From: Acutalibacteraceae bacterium
GTDB taxonomy: Bacteria > Bacillota > Clostridia > Oscillospirales > Acutalibacteraceae
Direction of reading: 5' to 3'
NCBI GenBank assembly: GCA_045588735.1
Contig: JAZNET010000029.1
Location: 12,983-76,982 of the forward strand
DNA: 64,000 bases
Below, piece by piece: positions 26,102-34,893 of the stretch; positions within the stretch are counted from its first letter, which is position 1, and each line of letters opens with the position of its first letter. The notes beneath the pieces are model-generated. The model was not told the origin of the DNA and did no database searches. It saw only the letters and a program-made list of their open reading frames with translations. The position numbers and the translations under genes are program-made.

Positions 26102-26857
26102 GTGGGCGATTACACAACTGACAGAGTGTTAGGCGGTTCCAAGACCTATAACGCGGTGTTTACAGACAAAAAGGATAACTCAACTCTTACTCAGGAAGAC
26201 TTTTTAAAGCTTATGATTACAGAGCTGACTAACCAGGATATGAACAACACAGCGGATACAAGTCAAATGGTAAACCAGATGACTCAGTTTTCAAATATGC
26301 AGGCTATGCAAGAAATGCTTTCATATTCAAAAACGAGCTACGCTATGTCATTAGTTGGCAAGACTGTTACAGCTTCTCGTTTTACCGTTAGCGGTGAGCT
26401 TGATACTACAACAGGCAAAATCGACAAGGTTTCCTTAGTAGATGACGAATACGTATTCTACATTGGCAGTAAAAGATACACACTTTCACAAATTATGTCA
26501 GTGCAGGATTCAAATGACGTTTCTGCTACAATTAACCCGGCAAATTACGGCATTACGTTCAGCGACGTAGCCGCAAATTCAGTTAAGCTTAATTGGGAGG
26601 TTCCTACAGAGGACGAAGCAATTGCTCAGGACCTTATTTACAGCATTTATTACTCAAAGGACTCTGCTTTTACCACTGTAGATGAAATTCTTAAAAACGG
26701 TACTCTCGGCGGCTCTTCAATTAAGAGCGATTACCAGGAGCAAATCGTTACAAGATTAGAAGCCGGTACAGAATACTTTTTCAACGTAATAGTTGAGGAT
26801 TCAAAGGGTAACAAGTATTCCTACAAACCAATTAAGGTTCAGACTAAAACAGAATAA
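26102..26857 (+). CDS. flgD: flagellar hook capping protein FlgD with extra C-terminal FN3-like domain
   Basis: FlgD N-domain (LTQEDFLKLMITELTNQDMNN...QMTQFSNMQ). The C-terminus reads VKLNWEVP...YSIYYSKD...LEAGTEYFFNVIVEDSKGN, which resembles fibronectin type III. Confidence 0.85.
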   Translation: MGDYTTDRVLGGSKTYNAVFTDKKDNSTLTQEDFLKLMITELTNQDMNNTADTSQMVNQMTQFSNMQAMQEMLSYSKTSYAMSLVGKTVTASRFTVSGELDTTTGKIDKVSLVDDEYVFYIGSKRYTLSQIMSVQDSNDVSATINPANYGITFSDVAANSVKLNWEVPTEDEAIAQDLIYSIYYSKDSAFTTVDEILKNGTLGGSSIKSDYQEQIVTRLEAGTEYFFNVIVEDSKGNKYSYKPIKVQTKTE

Positions 26858-26897
26858 AACATAAACAGAGTAAAAAACACAGAAAGGTGAGTATATC

Positions 26898-27305
26898 ATG
26901 GAGGATATTCGTTTTAAACACTTTTCGCCTATCGTAACAGGTACTCCGGGTGCGGGTCATGGTTTGTATCCGCCAACAACAGGTAACACACAGGTTAACG
27001 AGCCTTCAGTTTCTTTCGCAGACGTGTTAAGAAACACAATCGAAAAAAACAGTGAGGTTAACTTTTCAAATCATGCTATTAAAAGAGCGGTTGACCACAA
27101 TATGGATATAACGGACGACGAGCTCAGCAGATTAAATGAAGGTGTGAGACTTGCAAGCGAGAAAAATCTTGACGACACTCTGATTCTTGTTGGTGAAAAA
27201 GCATTTGTGGTTAGTGTTAAAAACAACACTGTAATCACAACAGTAAACAACAATTCAATTCAAGGCAATGTATTTACAAATATTAACGGAGCTGTTATTG
27301 TGTAA
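26898..27305 (+). CDS. flagellar operon protein (small conserved protein found between flgD and flgE in Firmicutes)
   Basis: 135 aa. The block FSNHAIKRAVDHNMDITDDELSRLNEGV...LILVGEKAFVVSVKNNTVITTV, together with its position, matches that family. Confidence 0.65.
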   Translation: MEDIRFKHFSPIVTGTPGAGHGLYPPTTGNTQVNEPSVSFADVLRNTIEKNSEVNFSNHAIKRAVDHNMDITDDELSRLNEGVRLASEKNLDDTLILVGEKAFVVSVKNNTVITTVNNNSIQGNVFTNINGAVIV

Positions 27306-27383
27306 CTTATTACATAAACTTAAGCCGGACCTTTGGAGGAGGCTTACGGCATCTTGACCGATTGATAGATGCCACTTCGTTTA

Positions 27384-27431
27384 GGGTAAATTAACCGAAC
27401 GGTGTTCGGGTAGTGAGCTTTACCCTTTTTA
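27384..27431 (+). terminator. terminator-like branched hairpin inside the operon, upstream of flgE
   Basis: Outer stem GGGTAAA/TTTACCC encloses the CCGAAC/GTTCGG hairpin and is followed by TTTTTAT. Possible attenuator or partial terminator. Confidence 0.4.
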
Positions 27432-27444
27432 TACCAATAGGTTA

Positions 27445-27469
27445 CTTATGCGCAGCTTCGCATAAGGAG
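27445..27469 (+). promoter_or_regulatory. hairpin overlapping the flgE Shine-Dalgarno sequence
   Basis: CTTATGCG-CAGCTT-CGCATAAG. The 3' arm overlaps the first three bases of AAGGAG (27464-27469), 8 nt before the ATG. Confidence 0.4.
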
Positions 27470-27477
27470 AAATAAAT

Positions 27478-29877
27478 ATGAATAGAGCTTTGTTTTCAGG
27501 TGTGGCAGGTTTAAAAACCCACCAAACAAAAATGGATGTTATTGGTAATAACATCGCAAACGTTAACACATACGGTTATAAATCACAGCGTGCTGTGTTC
27601 AGTGACCTTTACTACCAGGCTCTCAGAAACGCTTCTGCAGGTACTGCAAGCCAGGGTGGTAAAAACCCATCAGCGGTTGGTTACGGTTCTCAGCTTGCCG
27701 GCATTCAGACACAAATGTCTCAATCAAGTATGCAAACAACAGGCTACGGTATGGACGTTGCTATTACCGGTGAAGGCTTCCTTCAGGTTATGGATGCTTC
27801 CGGTAACATCTTCTATACAAAGGCCGGTATGCTTGACTATGATGCTAACGGTTATTTAACTGATATTAACGGTAACTTTGTTCTTGGTACAACAGCTACA
27901 GGTACAGCAGATACACAAAAAATCTGCTTAAGCAACATTGGTACTGTTAACCCAAAGAAATCAACAGTTACAGAATCAATTAACGGTATTGATTATACTA
28001 TTACTGCTTCAAATCCGAATAAATTCGGTAACGTAGCAATCTCTATTTCTTCAAGTGAAGGTCTTCCGGATGGTCTTCCTGCAAAAGCAGTTATTTCAAG
28101 CACAGGCGCTATTTCAATTGAGCTTAATGCTTACCATAAGTTCAACTCAATGAATGAGCTTAACACAGCTATTAACGACGCTATTACAGAGGCTAACGGC
28201 GGTAACCAACACGCAGCAGGTAAGTTTACACTTACCGCAACAAAAAACATGTTCGGTACAGAGGCTACTGAGGGTACCTTTAAGGGTGTTGCAGTTGCAG
28301 AGCCTTCAGAAATTACTTTACCGGCAGATGCATTCGGGGGCAAAATAACAGTTTCAAAATTTGACCCTGAAGAAACCACACAGATTATTGCTGACGGTTC
28401 ACAAATTACAATTACAACTACTCCGGTAGCTAATACAAATCCTGCTGAATATACACTTACAGCTTCTGTAAACGGTATTGATTACACAGCAAAGGTAACA
28501 GGTACTTCTATTTATCCTGTAACTCTTGAGTCAGCAGGCGGCGGCTCTATTGAGCTCAATACAAAATTAGGTCAGAAAATTACTGAGACCGATTTAAACA
28601 ATGCTGTACAAACACCTGTAACGGGTACAGTTTCTGCACCTCAATATTTCCTTGGCGGTGCACAGATTTCAAAGGTTAGTGAAAAATTCCCAAGCTCAAG
28701 TGCAATGGAGTTTGCTATTGCAAATCTTGATGCTACAAACCACACCTTTGACCTTACAGTTACAATTGCAGGTATTACCTACACAGCAGAAAACCCTGCA
28801 GTACCGGGCCAGGAAATTACTCTTAAAACAGATAATGAGGCTGACGGTTCAATTACACTTTCTATTCCTGCTCTCACAACAATGGCTGAGAACTACGGTT
28901 TAGATATAAACAGTGCAGGCTTTAACGCAGCACTTAACGATTTGCTTTTAAACAGTGTTGATTTACACTCATATGCATCAGTTGCTTCTAAGGAAGCTGT
29001 AACAGAGCCTCTTACAGGTGCTGAAATTGCAGGTACAGACTTCTCTGTAACAACCGGTCAAATGACAGGTGCTGTTGAGGACGGTTTCTTCGGCGGCGGT
29101 ATGTTATTTATGCAAACAAGCACAGACTTTTCAGGTAAGGGCACAGTTACACCGGATAAGTTTACTGCTTCTTACGTTGAAGGCGTAGATGACGGTAACT
29201 CCTACTGGACAGTAACTCTTGATATTGAAGGTAAAGAATACACAACCACAATTTCAGAGGGTACAATTGCTTCATCATTACTTCTCAAAGGTCCTGACGG
29301 TGACTACATTCAGGTTACAAACCCGGGCTTTGACGGTATGACAGAGTATTTCAGAAGCCAACAAAACCCTGCACGTGACCCTGCAACAGGCGACTCAGTT
29401 CAGGCTCTTAACGGTAACGATACTATTGAAGTTACACCTTCTGTTGCATCAAGAGAAATGGGTCTTTCTTCAAAGCCGTTTACACTTGCAGGCGGTACTG
29501 AAGGCGGCGTTGTTACTCTTGACGAAATCAGCAGCATTGCTATTGCAGCTGACGGTACAATCACTGTTTCTCACGGCGAGCTTGGTAACGTTGTAGCAGG
29601 TAGAATTTCTCTTGCAAGCTTTGCAAACCCGGCAGGCTTATTATTACAAGGAACAAACTACTTTGCAGCAACTGCAAACTCAGGTGAACCTAATCTTTGC
29701 GACCCAGGCTCAGATGGTACAGGTTCTCTCGTTACAAGTGCTCTTGAGATGTCTAACGTTGACCTTTCTGCAGAATTTGCAGATATGATTACTACACAAA
29801 GAGGTTTCCAGGCAAACTCTCGTATAATCACAGTTTCAGACTCAATGTTAGAAGAACTTATAAATCTTAAGAGATAA
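27478..29877 (+). CDS. flgE: flagellar hook protein FlgE, unusually large (799 aa)
   Basis: N-terminal rod/hook motif (GNNIANVNTYGYK) and C-terminal motif (LEMSNVDLSAEFADMITTQRGFQANSRIITVSD). About 480 aa of inserted Thr/Gly/Ala-rich beta-type sequence lies between them. Confidence 0.9.
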   Translation: MNRALFSGVAGLKTHQTKMDVIGNNIANVNTYGYKSQRAVFSDLYYQALRNASAGTASQGGKNPSAVGYGSQLAGIQTQMSQSSMQTTGYGMDVAITGEGFLQVMDASGNIFYTKAGMLDYDANGYLTDINGNFVLGTTATGTADTQKICLSNIGTVNPKKSTVTESINGIDYTITASNPNKFGNVAISISSSEGLPDGLPAKAVISSTGAISIELNAYHKFNSMNELNTAINDAITEANGGNQHAAGKFTLTATKNMFGTEATEGTFKGVAVAEPSEITLPADAFGGKITVSKFDPEETTQIIADGSQITITTTPVANTNPAEYTLTASVNGIDYTAKVTGTSIYPVTLESAGGGSIELNTKLGQKITETDLNNAVQTPVTGTVSAPQYFLGGAQISKVSEKFPSSSAMEFAIANLDATNHTFDLTVTIAGITYTAENPAVPGQEITLKTDNEADGSITLSIPALTTMAENYGLDINSAGFNAALNDLLLNSVDLHSYASVASKEAVTEPLTGAEIAGTDFSVTTGQMTGAVEDGFFGGGMLFMQTSTDFSGKGTVTPDKFTASYVEGVDDGNSYWTVTLDIEGKEYTTTISEGTIASSLLLKGPDGDYIQVTNPGFDGMTEYFRSQQNPARDPATGDSVQALNGNDTIEVTPSVASREMGLSSKPFTLAGGTEGGVVTLDEISSIAIAADGTITVSHGELGNVVAGRISLASFANPAGLLLQGTNYFAATANSGEPNLCDPGSDGTGSLVTSALEMSNVDLSAEFADMITTQRGFQANSRIITVSDSMLEELINLKR

Positions 29878-30125
29878 TAGGTTGTAGTTAGGACGTACCC
29901 AAATTTGTTTTAACTACGTACCATAAGTCTTTTGAATATATATACCATATTTAAAGCAATGCATTTTGGTATGTTATTCAGAATGTATCGAGATGCATTT
30001 TAAGTTGATTTTCAACTTATAAACCCATACCATAAATCTTTTAAAATAATGCGGCGGCAGCTTATGAGTTGTTGCGTAGGTTGTCGCCGTAATTACAATA
30101 AATATTTTAAAAATGGGGAAAAACT

Positions 30126-30344
30126 ATGATTATCTTAACAAAATTAAACGACGTTCAGTTTTCATTGAATCCGGACTTTATTGAAACAATTGAAGAGACT
30201 CCGGACACAACAATTAAATTAGTTACGAAGAATATTATTATTGTTAAAGAACCAATGGAAGAAGTAACACGGAAAATATACGAGTATCGTGCTATTTCAG
30301 GTGGTTCATCAGCAAAAGTAATTCCTAATATCGGCGATTTATAA
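30126..30344 (+). CDS. flbD: flagellar protein FlbD
   Basis: 72 aa. MIILTKLNDVQFSLNPDFIETIEETPDTTIKL matches the FlbD family. It sits upstream of motA. Confidence 0.85.
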   Translation: MIILTKLNDVQFSLNPDFIETIEETPDTTIKLVTKNIIIVKEPMEEVTRKIYEYRAISGGSSAKVIPNIGDL

Positions 30345-30404
30345 AAACTGATTATAAAAAATAGGATAATAAATTAAAAGGGTAAAAGGGGCGTATCAGG
30401 CTTT

Positions 30405-31265
30405 ATGAAACGTAAAATCGATATAATGTCAATAATCGGACTTATACTTGCTTTTGGTATGGTTGTGTTTGGTATTATCTGTAATAAGAATCTGGAAACG
30501 GAAAGTTATGAGTTTACTCTTGCAACAATAAAACACTTTTTTGACCCACCAAGTATACTTATTGTTATCGGCGGTGTTTTTGCATGTTTAATGTTCAGTT
30601 TTCCACCTACACAATTTGCAAAAATACCAAAGCATTTAGGAATAATATTTTCTCCAAAAGTATATAACCCGGAAGTTTATATAGCAAAAATAGTTGAATG
30701 TGCTAAAAAAGCGAGAGCAAACGGTCTTTTAGCACTTGAAGAAGATACAAATGAAATGACCGATGCCTTTATGAAAAACAGTTTTCAGATGGTAGTTGAC
30801 TCGGTCGACCAGGAAAAAGTAAAAGAACAAATGGATTGCTGGCTTGCAAACCTTGACGACCGTCATAATTCAGACAGGGCATTTTATGACAAGGGTGCAG
30901 AGCTTGGTCCTGCGTTCGGTATGATAGGAACACTCATAGGTCTTATAAATATGCTTCAGAATATGAGCGATATTGACACATTAGGTCCTAATATGGCGGT
31001 TGCACTTGTTACAACCTTTTATGGCTCACTTTTAGCGAATGCACTTTTCTTACCTATTTCAAATAAATTAAGAGTTCGTCACGAAGAAGAATACCTTTGT
31101 ATGACAATTATTGCAGAGGGCGTACAGGCAATACAAGCCGGTGAAAACCCGAAGCTCGTTCAGGAAAGACTTATACATATGTTACCGGAGTATAAACAAA
31201 AGAAATTTAATCCGGGAGATAGCAGTTCATCAGATGGTGAAGGCGGAAAAAAAGGTAAAAGATAA
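30405..31265 (+). CDS. motA: flagellar stator protein MotA
   Basis: 286 aa with 4 TM segments. The conserved block is GPAFGMIGTLIGLINML...ALVTTFYGSLLAN. Confidence 0.9.
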   Translation: MKRKIDIMSIIGLILAFGMVVFGIICNKNLETESYEFTLATIKHFFDPPSILIVIGGVFACLMFSFPPTQFAKIPKHLGIIFSPKVYNPEVYIAKIVECAKKARANGLLALEEDTNEMTDAFMKNSFQMVVDSVDQEKVKEQMDCWLANLDDRHNSDRAFYDKGAELGPAFGMIGTLIGLINMLQNMSDIDTLGPNMAVALVTTFYGSLLANALFLPISNKLRVRHEEEYLCMTIIAEGVQAIQAGENPKLVQERLIHMLPEYKQKKFNPGDSSSSDGEGGKKGKR

Positions 31266-31300
31266 TTTTATTCCAATAACTATGTAAAGGTTGGTAAAAA

Positions 31301-32134
31301 ATGGCAAGAAAAAGAAATTCGTCCGGCGGTGGCGGAGGCGGTCAGGCGTGGCTTAATACCTATGCCGATATGGTTACCTTGCTTTTAACATTCTTTGTTT
31401 TGATGATTAGTATGTCAGTTATTGACCAGGAAAAGTTCAACGCTTTCCTTGAATCATTCCAGAATATTGATAAAGAAGTGCTTGAAGAATACCTTGATGC
31501 AACTCAGCAAGGTGGCGGCGAAGGCTCGGGTAATAACCAGAAGCTTGATGAAGCTCCAATGGATACCTTGTACGAAAAACTGGAGCAATACGTTCAGGAA
31601 AATAATATGCAGGCTTCAGTTTCGATTGCAAAAATTGAGGACGTTATATACATAAGATTTGACAGCGCTATATTCTTTAAGCCTAACGAGTATGCCTTGA
31701 GGGAGGATGCTTATGAGGTATTGGAGTTCATAGGCGACGGCTTAAAGGAATATGAAAAGGAAATTAAGCTTATAAACATTTGCGGTCACACTGCAAAGCC
31801 GGCTGTTGAGCAGGACCCGGAAAGAACCTGGCGTCTTTCAGGCGAAAGAGCTGCAGTTGTTGCAAACTATTTTGAGCTTGATAAAAATATAGACGAAAAG
31901 AAAATTACTATTTTAGGCTACGGTGACAATTTTCCGGTAGAGCCTAACGATACAGAAGAGCACATGAGGAAAAACCGTCGTGTTGAGCTTGTTATTATAG
32001 GTAAAAACAGTAACATTAATACAAGCATTTACGACGCTCTTGCAGACCTTTATAACAGTGACGAATATCCAAAGCAGGGTGACGTAAACGATGTTTTGCT
32101 TCCGCAAATATCAGGTAAAAAAACAACTAAATGA
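31301..32134 (+). CDS. motB: flagellar stator protein MotB (OmpA-like C-terminus)
   Basis: N-terminal WLNTYADMVTLLLTFFVL plug/TM motif with the conserved Asp. The C-terminus has an OmpA-like NRRVELVI. Confidence 0.9.
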   Translation: MARKRNSSGGGGGGQAWLNTYADMVTLLLTFFVLMISMSVIDQEKFNAFLESFQNIDKEVLEEYLDATQQGGGEGSGNNQKLDEAPMDTLYEKLEQYVQENNMQASVSIAKIEDVIYIRFDSAIFFKPNEYALREDAYEVLEFIGDGLKEYEKEIKLINICGHTAKPAVEQDPERTWRLSGERAAVVANYFELDKNIDEKKITILGYGDNFPVEPNDTEEHMRKNRRVELVIIGKNSNINTSIYDALADLYNSDEYPKQGDVNDVLLPQISGKKTTK

Positions 32135-32175
32135 TAAACTTATTATATTTTCCGAGAAAGGAGTTGAGTAGCTGA

Positions 32176-33201
32176 ATGGCAGAAGCGTTATCCCAAAGCC
32201 AAATTGATGAACTTTTGCAGCGAATGAAAAGTGGCGCGCCGGTTGAAAGCGAGCCGGAAGAGCGAATAAAGGCATATAACTTTGCTTCACCGAAAAAGTT
32301 CACGAAAGACCAGCTTAAATCGTTAAACAACTTTCTTGAAACGTTCGCAAGAATTATTTCTTCTTACTTTACTAACACGCTCCACAGCATTTGTGAGGTA
32401 GACGTCAGTCAAACAGAGGAACAAAGATATTTTGAGTTTAACAATGCAATTCCGGATAGTACCTTAGTAGGTATTATAGGCTTTGAGCCGGAAACCTCGA
32501 GCTTCGGTGAAACAACCATGCTCTTAGAATTCCCTACCTCCTTCGGTTATATGTTGATTGACAGATTGATGGGTGGTAGCGGTGAACCTACAATACTGCA
32601 AAGAGATTATACGGAAATAGAAACGGCATTACTTGAACACGTAATGACAAAGGTTGCCAAAACCATGAAGGATGCTTGGCAAACCTATTTCCCGCTCGAA
32701 ACTTCTTTTAAGGGGCTTCAAACAAACGGTAGACTGCTTCAGGCGTTTTCTCCGCAGGATATAGTTCTTATTGTTACGTTTGACATAAAAGAAGAGTTCT
32801 ACGAAGGTACGGCAAACTTGTGTATGCCTGCTGATAAATTTGAAGAAGTCATTAATAATCTGAGTCAGAAATACTCTCAGGGTGAAAGACAGCAAGACCA
32901 GGAAAAGGAAAAGCAAAAGCAAGACCTTCTTATGGATTACCTTAAGAAGTCTGACCTTAACATTGAAGCTTACCTTGACAGGTGCACAATGTCCTTTGAG
33001 GAAGTTACAGACTTAAGAGTAAATGACGTTTTAATGCTGAATAAGCGTATTGACGACGACATAGAGGTTCACATTGAGGGTATGCCTTGGTATACTGCAA
33101 GAATGGGTGAATCAAACAACAAAAAGGCAATTAAGCTTGTTAAGTCATTAGGCGACCAGACACAAGAAAAACAAAGGGAGGGTGCAACAGTTGAAGACTA
33201 A
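32176..33201 (+). CDS. fliM: flagellar motor switch protein FliM
   Basis: N-terminal LSQSQIDELL CheY-P binding motif, a CheC-like middle domain and a C-terminal SpoA-like domain. Confidence 0.9.
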   Translation: MAEALSQSQIDELLQRMKSGAPVESEPEERIKAYNFASPKKFTKDQLKSLNNFLETFARIISSYFTNTLHSICEVDVSQTEEQRYFEFNNAIPDSTLVGIIGFEPETSSFGETTMLLEFPTSFGYMLIDRLMGGSGEPTILQRDYTEIETALLEHVMTKVAKTMKDAWQTYFPLETSFKGLQTNGRLLQAFSPQDIVLIVTFDIKEEFYEGTANLCMPADKFEEVINNLSQKYSQGERQQDQEKEKQKQDLLMDYLKKSDLNIEAYLDRCTMSFEEVTDLRVNDVLMLNKRIDDDIEVHIEGMPWYTARMGESNNKKAIKLVKSLGDQTQEKQREGATVED

Positions 33202-34498
33202 CAATGAAAACTTTTTAACACCAGATGACCTCGACGCCATTGGTGAAGTCTTAAATATAAGCATGGGTGCTGCCGCTACTGCAGTATCTTCAATGTTAGA
33301 TAAAAAGGTGTTAATTACAACTCCTAACGTTGAGTTGAATACCTTTGATACTATCGACTACTCAAAACTTGAACCTGCAATTTTAGTAAAAATTAACTAT
33401 GTTGAAGGCATAGAAGGTTCTAACGTAATTATTCTCAGAAGAAACGATATGAGAATAATATTAGATATTCTTATGGGCAATGACTACACTCAGGGCTCAG
33501 AGGAAGAATTTGAATTTGACGATATGAGTCTTAGTGCTGCTTGTGAGGTTATGAATCAGATGATGGGCTCATCTGCAACAGCACTTTCAGAAATCCTCGG
33601 TATGAGTGTTAATATTTCAACTCCTGAATCAAAGCTCATCACATCACGTACAGACGTGCTTGAGTCATTTGAGGCAGAGGGCCACACAGAGGAAAACGTT
33701 GTAGCAGTTTCCTTTAACTTAACCATTGAGGATAATCTCATTGGTAAAACAATTGTTGACACCATATTTACTTCTTACTTATCAATAGATTTGGCAAAGA
33801 AAATTATTTCTATAATATCAGGTCCTGCAGAAGAACCTGCTCCTGTAGTAGAAGCACCCGCTCCTGCACCTGCACCTGCACCTGCACCTGCACCGGTAGC
33901 AGAAGCTCCTGCTCCGGCACCTGTGCAAGAGGCACCACAGCCGGTACAGCAAACACCGCCTGCTTCTCAGCAAATGAATCAGGGTATGCCAAATATGTAT
34001 GCTCAGCAGCCGCCAATGTACGGTCAGGAGCAATATATGGCTCAGGGTATGTATCAGGGTCAGTATCAGCCGCAGGGGATGATGCCGAATCCGTACTACC
34101 AAATGCCAATGCAGCAGCCAATGGGTTACGGAATGCCTCCACATGGGCAACAGGACCCATCTGTAACAATAAAAACAGCCGATTTCCCGGATTTCGGTAA
34201 AAAGGTTGGAAATCCACAAAACCCATATAACGGAAATCTTAACCTTCTTATGGGCGTTCAACTCGATATTTCAGTTGTAATAGGCCGCTCAAAGAAAAAG
34301 ATTAAGGATATTATGGATTTTGGTCAGGGCACAGTTATTGAGCTTGATAAGCAAACAGGTGCTCCTGCAGAAATTATAGTTAACGGACAATTACTTGCTT
34401 ACGGTGACGTTATTGTAGTTGGTGACAACTTCGGCGTTCGTGTAACAGAAATTGTTGGCGCTAAAGAGCTTTTAGATTCACTTGGAAATTCATTATAA
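33191..34498 (+). CDS. fliY: flagellar motor switch phosphatase FliY (CheC-like plus FliN domain) with long low-complexity linker
   Basis: Two CheC-type helices (DAIGEVLNISMGAAATAVS; SAACEVMNQMMGSSATALS) and a C-terminal FliN/SpoA domain. The TTG at 33191 lies 9 nt after GGGAGG. The ORF-track GTG at 33182 abuts the SD. Confidence 0.85.
   Translation: MKTNNENFLTPDDLDAIGEVLNISMGAAATAVSSMLDKKVLITTPNVELNTFDTIDYSKLEPAILVKINYVEGIEGSNVIILRRNDMRIILDILMGNDYTQGSEEEFEFDDMSLSAACEVMNQMMGSSATALSEILGMSVNISTPESKLITSRTDVLESFEAEGHTEENVVAVSFNLTIEDNLIGKTIVDTIFTSYLSIDLAKKIISIISGPAEEPAPVVEAPAPAPAPAPAPAPVAEAPAPAPVQEAPQPVQQTPPASQQMNQGMPNMYAQQPPMYGQEQYMAQGMYQGQYQPQGMMPNPYYQMPMQQPMGYGMPPHGQQDPSVTIKTADFPDFGKKVGNPQNPYNGNLNLLMGVQLDISVVIGRSKKKIKDIMDFGQGTVIELDKQTGAPAEIIVNGQLLAYGDVIVVGDNFGVRVTEIVGAKELLDSLGNSL
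33863..33894 (+). repeat. hexanucleotide repeat (CCTGCA)x5 encoding (Pro-Ala)n within fliY
   Basis: Five perfect tandem CCTGCA units counted base by base, in frame. Confidence 0.9.
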
Positions 34499-34517
34499 TT
34501 AGAAAAGAGGAAGATCT

Positions 34518-34880
34518 ATGTATAAGATTATGTTAGCTGATGACGCAGGCTTTATGAGAAAAATGATTCAAAACCACTTAAGTGGTGCAGGTTACACAGA
34601 TTTTGTTGAGGCAGCAGACGGTGCTCAGGCTGTTGAGCTTTACCAGGAACACAAGCCTGACTTAGTACTTCTCGACATTACTATGCCAAATATGAGCGGT
34701 ATTGAGGCTCTTGCTGCTATTAAGCAAATTGACCCTAACTCAAAGGTAGTTATGTGCTCTGCTATGGGTCAGGAATCAATGGTTATGGAGGCTATTAAAT
34801 TAGGCGCTCTTGACTTTATTGTTAAGCCTTTCAAGCAAGATAGAATAGTTCAAACTGTAACTAAAATTTTACCGTTATAA
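34518..34880 (+). CDS. cheY: chemotaxis response regulator CheY
   Basis: 120-aa single receiver domain with the DD...D(L)ITMP...K(P)F pattern, in flagellar operon context. Confidence 0.9.
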   Translation: MYKIMLADDAGFMRKMIQNHLSGAGYTDFVEAADGAQAVELYQEHKPDLVLLDITMPNMSGIEALAAIKQIDPNSKVVMCSAMGQESMVMEAIKLGALDFIVKPFKQDRIVQTVTKILPL

Positions 34881-34893
34881 TAATTGTAATTAG

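Noticed and set aside
31363-31370. Exact GCCGATAT, the sigma-28 -10 consensus.
   Set aside because: It lies inside the conserved motB codons for Y-A-D-M, has no TAAA at -35 spacing, and no gene start follows it.
33810-34261. Two minus-strand ORFs (138 and 147 aa) opposite the fliY linker.
   Set aside because: They are artefacts of the stop-free low-complexity (CCTGCA)n and CAG-rich coding sequence. The sense frame continues into a conserved FliN domain.
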